Positions 60,179-64,000 of a DNA stretch of 64,000 bases are shown here, one piece after another. Below the pieces are notes generated by a model, which saw only the letters and a program-made list of their open reading frames with translations, was not told where the DNA came from and did no database searches. The stretch lies in assembly GCA_012523575.1 (NCBI GenBank), contig JAAYIF010000052.1:14635-78634 (forward strand), in the 5' to 3' direction. Origin of the DNA: Clostridia bacterium. Its GTDB lineage: Bacteria; Bacillota; DTU086. The stretch's first letter is position 1. Each line of letters begins with the position of its first letter. The translations under genes and the position numbers were made by a program.

Positions 60179-62635
60179 TTATACCACCCTTGAAAAGGTG
60201 GTCTTTCCCGACGCAAAATTGTTGTAATGAGGAATCAGCCGTGCCACCACAACAGCTGCGTCATCGGGGAGAGAGCCTCCTGCCAGTTCCTTTGCCCTAG
60301 CCAAAAGGGCGTCCGCTATTCTCTTGGGATCTTTGGAGTTTAATCTTTTCAGTTCTTTAACCAACCAGAATTCCTTTTTTGATGATTTTCTTTTCACTTC
60401 CAAAAAACCGTCGGAAATCATTACCACAATATCCCCCGGCTCCAGGCTTAAGCTCTTTAGCTCAAAATCAACGGTATCCAAAATTCCTATGGGCAGAGAG
60501 CTTGAGGTTATTATGTCCACGCTGTTTCTTCTTTTTATGAAAGTGGGAGCTGCAGCTATCTTTAAGAAATCCGCCTGCCCTGAATAGAGATCAATCATGG
60601 CTAAATCGACGGTGGAAAAGGTTTCCTCAGGGGACCGCTGGGCCAGGGCGGCATTAACGGCTTTTAACGCCAGTTCCTGCTCAAACCCCGTTTCCAGAAG
60701 CTTTTTAAGCTGGGTAACAGTGGCGCCGCTTTCCTGCCCGGCCCTTGCCCCCGTTCCCATTCCATCGCTTAAAATAAGCGCTACCTTACCGCTGTCCAAG
60801 TGAACGCATTCAACGCTGTCCCCGGATATGACGTTTCCTTCCTTAGCCTCCAGGGCCGTACCCAGTTCCACATCGTACTGTTTTTTGGAAGCAAAGACCA
60901 TTCCGCAGTCCGTCCCGTTATTCCTTAAAGCACAGTCCACCCGAAGGGGGGACAATCTGCATCCCAGGGCTTCTTCGCACAGCGGAAGAAGATGCCTTGT
61001 ACATTCCATGCTGCCCCGGCAGGATTCCTTTACGACCTGACACTTAAATCCGCCGGGCAACCTGTAAACCGCAGCATCCTTCACCTCTATTCCGCTTCTG
61101 GCAATCATTTTTAAAAGGTTGTTTTCAATGTCCTCTTCTCTCCTTTTATTAATATCAGCCTTTGATACCAGAGCGCCGATAATTTCGGAAACACCGTAAA
61201 GCTGCGAAGCCACCAGCCCCCTGCTCTCCTTGAGCTTTTTGCGCCAGTAGCTGTTCACCTGGCAAACTTCCAGAATGCAGCCTATAGTGGCCTTTAGTTC
61301 CGTAAATCTTCCGCACCTGCGGGTAAGGATCCCCCTATAATTACCCAGCTTTTCCTCTCCATCTTCAAAAAGGGAAAAGAGTTTTAGAATTTCCCCATAG
61401 GTTCTGTAAATATCCCGCTCCCAGCAGGTCTTATACAGTGAACAGCCGTGACAGACGTTGGAAGTAATAATTTTCAGCATCAAATGGGCGTTTTCCTTGC
61501 CAACGTCCTTGATGGGGCCCTCAAAACTGGTCCTTTCAAAGGCCCTGCCCAGCTCGTTAAAAATCTGCCCCAGATCCTTTAATTTATGGAGTATCATCTC
61601 CGTTTTTATGGCACTTCTTCCATATCCGCTGCCATAGGGCACCACCCTTTTTATGCTCTCCAACCATCCTTTGGGGAAAAGGATAAAAAGCAGTACCGCC
61701 AAAGCCATTTCCCCAATCGCCCCATAAATGGCCCTTTCATCACCAAAGTACATAAGAAGAATAAAATGGGCAGAGGCAAATCCCGCCGCAGCGCCCAATT
61801 TTCCCCAGCCCTTAAAAAGCCCCGATGCCAATCCGGAAAAAGCATACAGTCCCACCATGTTGGGAGTGCCGGTTACCGTAAGGAGAGGGGCCAAACCCGT
61901 TATAACCCCCGCTGAAGCCCCTAAACCGCTTCCTCCTATGAAGCCCGCACATAAAACCATAAATCCTCCTATTATCCCTACGACATCCAGTGTGCCAATT
62001 TTCAGCCCCATAAAGCTTCCCAGCAGGGAAACCGCCAGGATCATGGCACAGACCATTTCTTCCCATGACAAGGAAGATTTCTCCTTTAAAACCCTGCTTA
62101 GGGAAGTAAAAGCCCCATAATAAGCATGGGTTAAACCTGCAGCGAAGAGCCCTTCAAAGACCAAAAGCAGAAAACCGTCAAGATGAAAGCCCTTTAATAG
62201 AAGAAAAACCCCTTTAACAGCGGCGGTAACCAAAAAGACCACCGCCGGAAGGGTATAAGTTCCCCAAAAATTCCAGCAATTAACCCATTGAAATAGGATA
62301 AAAAGCACAAAGAGGATGGTTGTAAGCTGCCAAAGCTGTGGGCCCGTTAAAGGGGCGGTAATGTAGCCCAAAGATGTGGCTAAAATAAAAGGCCCCATAA
62401 GGTTCCTGCGGTGGAAGGCTGCAGCGGTGAAAAACGCCGTTCCAAAGGGGAAGAGTTCCTGCAAAATTGCCCCCCGGGAAAGGGAAAAGCCCATAAGGAT
62501 CAGTAGTATCCCCTCAACATCAGCCTCCCGGGCTAGAAGGTCCACAAACCTATTCCAAATACCTTCCATGCCCCTTCGGCTTTTCCTAAGGGGATATTTT
62601 TTGTTATAAGGATAAATATGAATGCCATTGTACAT
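60179..62635 (-). CDS. spoIIE: Stage II sporulation protein E (PP2C phosphatase)
   Basis: Start set at MYNGIH (AGGTG RBS). Alternative GTG at 62644. ~10 N-terminal TM segments plus C-terminal PP2C domain. Conserved position upstream of tilS–ftsH. Confidence 0.9.
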   Translation of the reverse strand: MYNGIHIYPYNKKYPLRKSRRGMEGIWNRFVDLLAREADVEGILLILMGFSLSRGAILQELFPFGTAFFTAAAFHRRNLMGPFILATSLGYITAPLTGPQLWQLTTILFVLFILFQWVNCWNFWGTYTLPAVVFLVTAAVKGVFLLLKGFHLDGFLLLVFEGLFAAGLTHAYYGAFTSLSRVLKEKSSLSWEEMVCAMILAVSLLGSFMGLKIGTLDVVGIIGGFMVLCAGFIGGSGLGASAGVITGLAPLLTVTGTPNMVGLYAFSGLASGLFKGWGKLGAAAGFASAHFILLMYFGDERAIYGAIGEMALAVLLFILFPKGWLESIKRVVPYGSGYGRSAIKTEMILHKLKDLGQIFNELGRAFERTSFEGPIKDVGKENAHLMLKIITSNVCHGCSLYKTCWERDIYRTYGEILKLFSLFEDGEEKLGNYRGILTRRCGRFTELKATIGCILEVCQVNSYWRKKLKESRGLVASQLYGVSEIIGALVSKADINKRREEDIENNLLKMIARSGIEVKDAAVYRLPGGFKCQVVKESCRGSMECTRHLLPLCEEALGCRLSPLRVDCALRNNGTDCGMVFASKKQYDVELGTALEAKEGNVISGDSVECVHLDSGKVALILSDGMGTGARAGQESGATVTQLKKLLETGFEQELALKAVNAALAQRSPEETFSTVDLAMIDLYSGQADFLKIAAAPTFIKRRNSVDIITSSSLPIGILDTVDFELKSLSLEPGDIVVMISDGFLEVKRKSSKKEFWLVKELKRLNSKDPKRIADALLARAKELAGGSLPDDAAVVVARLIPHYNNFASGKTTFSRVV

Positions 62636-62844
62636 CTCCAACACCTACCCTTTCTTGATTACCCCCATTTGATTACCCTCAATTATAGTACGGGGCACCA
62701 AGATAATTTGTCAGGTTCAGTGGGGTAGGGTGGTTTTTTTTTCGACAAAAGGATAAGTGTGGATGAAACCCCATGGGTTTTCCTTGGGGACGAAGAAGTC
62801 GGCTCCAAGACAAAAAGTTAAACTTAAGAAAATTTTTTTAATAA

Positions 62845-62878
62845 AAAATTAGGCTCCGCCTTAATCCGGCAGAGCCTG
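62845..62878 (-). terminator. Terminator of the tRNA operon
   Basis: AGGCTCTGCC-GGATTAA-GGCGGAGCCT followed by AATTTTTTATT on the minus strand. Confidence 0.7.
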
Positions 62879-62879
62879 A

Positions 62880-62954
62880 TGGTGACCCGTAGGGGATTCG
62901 AACCCCTGTTACCGGCGTGAAAGGCCGGTGTCTTAACCACTTGACCAACGGGCC
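62880..62954 (-). tRNA. tRNA-Glu (UUC)
   Basis: Minus strand: GGCCCGTTGGTCAAGTGGTTAAGACACCGGCCTTTCACGCCGGTAACAGGGGTTCGAATCCCCTACGGGTCACCA. Anticodon loop CTTTCAC. CCA encoded. Confidence 0.9.
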
Positions 62955-62966
62955 GGAAACAAAACT

Positions 62967-63043
62967 TGGTAGCGGTGGTAGGACTCGAACCTACGACACT
63001 ACGGGTATGAACCGTATGCTCTAACCACCTGAGCTACACCGCC
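62967..63043 (-). tRNA. tRNA-Met (CAU, elongator type)
   Basis: Minus strand: GGCGGTGTAGCTCAGGTGGTTAGAGCATACGGTTCATACCCGTAG…CCACCGCTACCA. Close to B. subtilis elongator tRNA-Met. Could alternatively be Ile2 (lysidine), but the acceptor and anticodon stems match Met. Confidence 0.8.
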
Positions 63044-63050
63044 ACTTAAT

Positions 63051-63125
<75 letters not shown>

Positions 63126-63250
63126 ATAAAAATATAAAGCTGTATTTACCCATACATGCAATATTCATTATACGAATTAAAGCTTAAATGTCAAGGGGTG
63201 AACAAAACTTTGGCGGGAACAATAATGCAGCTTTAATTAAAGAAAATTCC

Positions 63251-63691
63251 TTACCCCAGCATCAGCCTTGCCCCTGCCGCAAGGAGGATCAATCCCACAA
63301 GCTTAAGCCAGGTAAAGGGTATTTTCTCCAAACCGAAAAGCCCAAAGTGATCGATAAGCAGGGCCGTGGAAACTTGGCCGATAATTATGGCTGTGGTGGC
63401 AAGGGCAACTCCAACTTTAGGAATGCTCGCAATTACACCGTATATGATCAAAACGCTTATTATACCCCCAAGGAAGGAATACCAGGGGGCATTAACAAAG
63501 TTTCCTAAATTCCCTTTACCGAAACCCAGAAGCAGCACTGCTCCTATGGCCACCGAACCTATTACGTGCACAAAAAGTGTTGCTTCAATTTCGCCCACAT
63601 ATTTTCCCAGCACCGAATTTAAAGATCCCTGCACAGCCATCGAAATGCCGGATACAACGGCCAAAATCACAGCAAATAAAGTTTCGCTCAT
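63251..63691 (-). CDS. DMT-superfamily small transporter (DUF606/YdcZ-like)
   Basis: About 146 aa, 4-5 TM helices. Start ambiguous (ATG 63691 vs TTG 63703). Confidence 0.65.
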   Translation of the reverse strand: MSETLFAVILAVVSGISMAVQGSLNSVLGKYVGEIEATLFVHVIGSVAIGAVLLLGFGKGNLGNFVNAPWYSFLGGIISVLIIYGVIASIPKVGVALATTAIIIGQVSTALLIDHFGLFGLEKIPFTWLKLVGLILLAAGARLMLG

Positions 63692-63887
63692 GGCATCCTC
63701 CAAATTCTTATTTAATAAATTTTTACTGTTACTTTAAAATTTTGTACCAAAAACCCCTCCAATATTGTGGAAATTTTAACCTATGGCAGTTTCGTAAAAA
63801 ACAAGAATAACATTCCCTTTTAACTGCCAACATAAAAACGGGCGTAAAATTTCAAATAAACAGGAAAAACGATTAAACGGGGTTGAT

Positions 63888-64000
63888 GAATTTGAACCGC
63901 AGAACATTAACCTTGGTATTTTTTTTGACATTTTTATTCGTATTTTTTCTCTTAACCCCTTCCCTTATCGCCGGGGAACAACCCCAATGCAGCTGTATAA
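63888..64000 (+). CDS. 5' end of a gene encoding a signal-peptide protein (continues beyond window)
   Basis: MNLNRRTLTLVFFLTFLFVFFLLTPSLIAGEQPQCSC… Signal-peptide-like. Partial. Confidence 0.35.

Overview
This is a chromosomal segment from a Gram-positive, spore-forming anaerobe. The call of a Clostridia-like, possibly thermophilic Firmicute rests on gene content and synteny only: spoIIE–tilS–ftsH, cwlC-like amidase, yvrJ/DUF1659/DUF2922 genes, cotF-like genes, fprA/rubredoxin, and many Cu-amine-oxidase-N 'stalk' domain proteins. Most genes are on the minus strand. Read left to right, the window contains the following.
- A type III-B CRISPR-Cas edge: cmr1 (5' part, runs off the window) and a CARF–HEPN csx1. 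No CRISPR array is present.
- A GC-rich LysM gene.
- A sulfur amino-acid block: cysK with a LarE-like PP-loop ATPase, then S-box riboswitch → metY → metX → JAMM/MPN+ protease.
- An AT-rich ~3.7 kb accessory island: a CorA-like 2-TM protein of unknown function, a decayed 3' fragment of livF, an orphan CcrM/HinfI-family N6-adenine methyltransferase, and a perfect 19-bp tandem repeat.
- The livJHMGF branched-chain amino-acid ABC operon, and a TetR/HlyD/ABC-2 efflux operon.
- An S41 peptidase.
- A sporulation-flavoured cluster: DUF1659, DUF2922, yvrJ, a cwlC-like amidase, and an ORF with an in-frame TGA (candidate selenoprotein or pseudogene).
- A degenerate FtsZ/tubulin-like paralog, a BFN nuclease-family protein, and tenA.
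- A ~170-nt GC-rich long inverted-repeat element (candidate structured ncRNA or MITE).
- PBP1 and an oxidative-stress cluster: fprA, a ferritin-like protein, an unannotated rubredoxin, and peroxiredoxin.
- A solitary HEPN protein and two cotF-like genes.
- lysS, greA, a stand-alone cyanase, and an iron/B12-type ABC importer with a leader hairpin.
- An operon of an HTH regulator, a conserved unknown protein and an acyl-ACP-reductase-like dehydrogenase.
- dusB–coaX–birA, panDC with a DUF2520 reductase, folKBP (FolP carries a long N-terminal extension), ndk, ftsH, tilS.
- A frameshifted 'stalk' protein gene, spoIIE, a tRNA fMet–Met–Glu cluster, and a DMT transporter.
The accessory-looking parts most worth follow-up are the island at 8.6–12.3 kb, the TGA-containing ORF, the palindromic GC-rich element, the FtsZ-like paralog and the JAMM–metY association.
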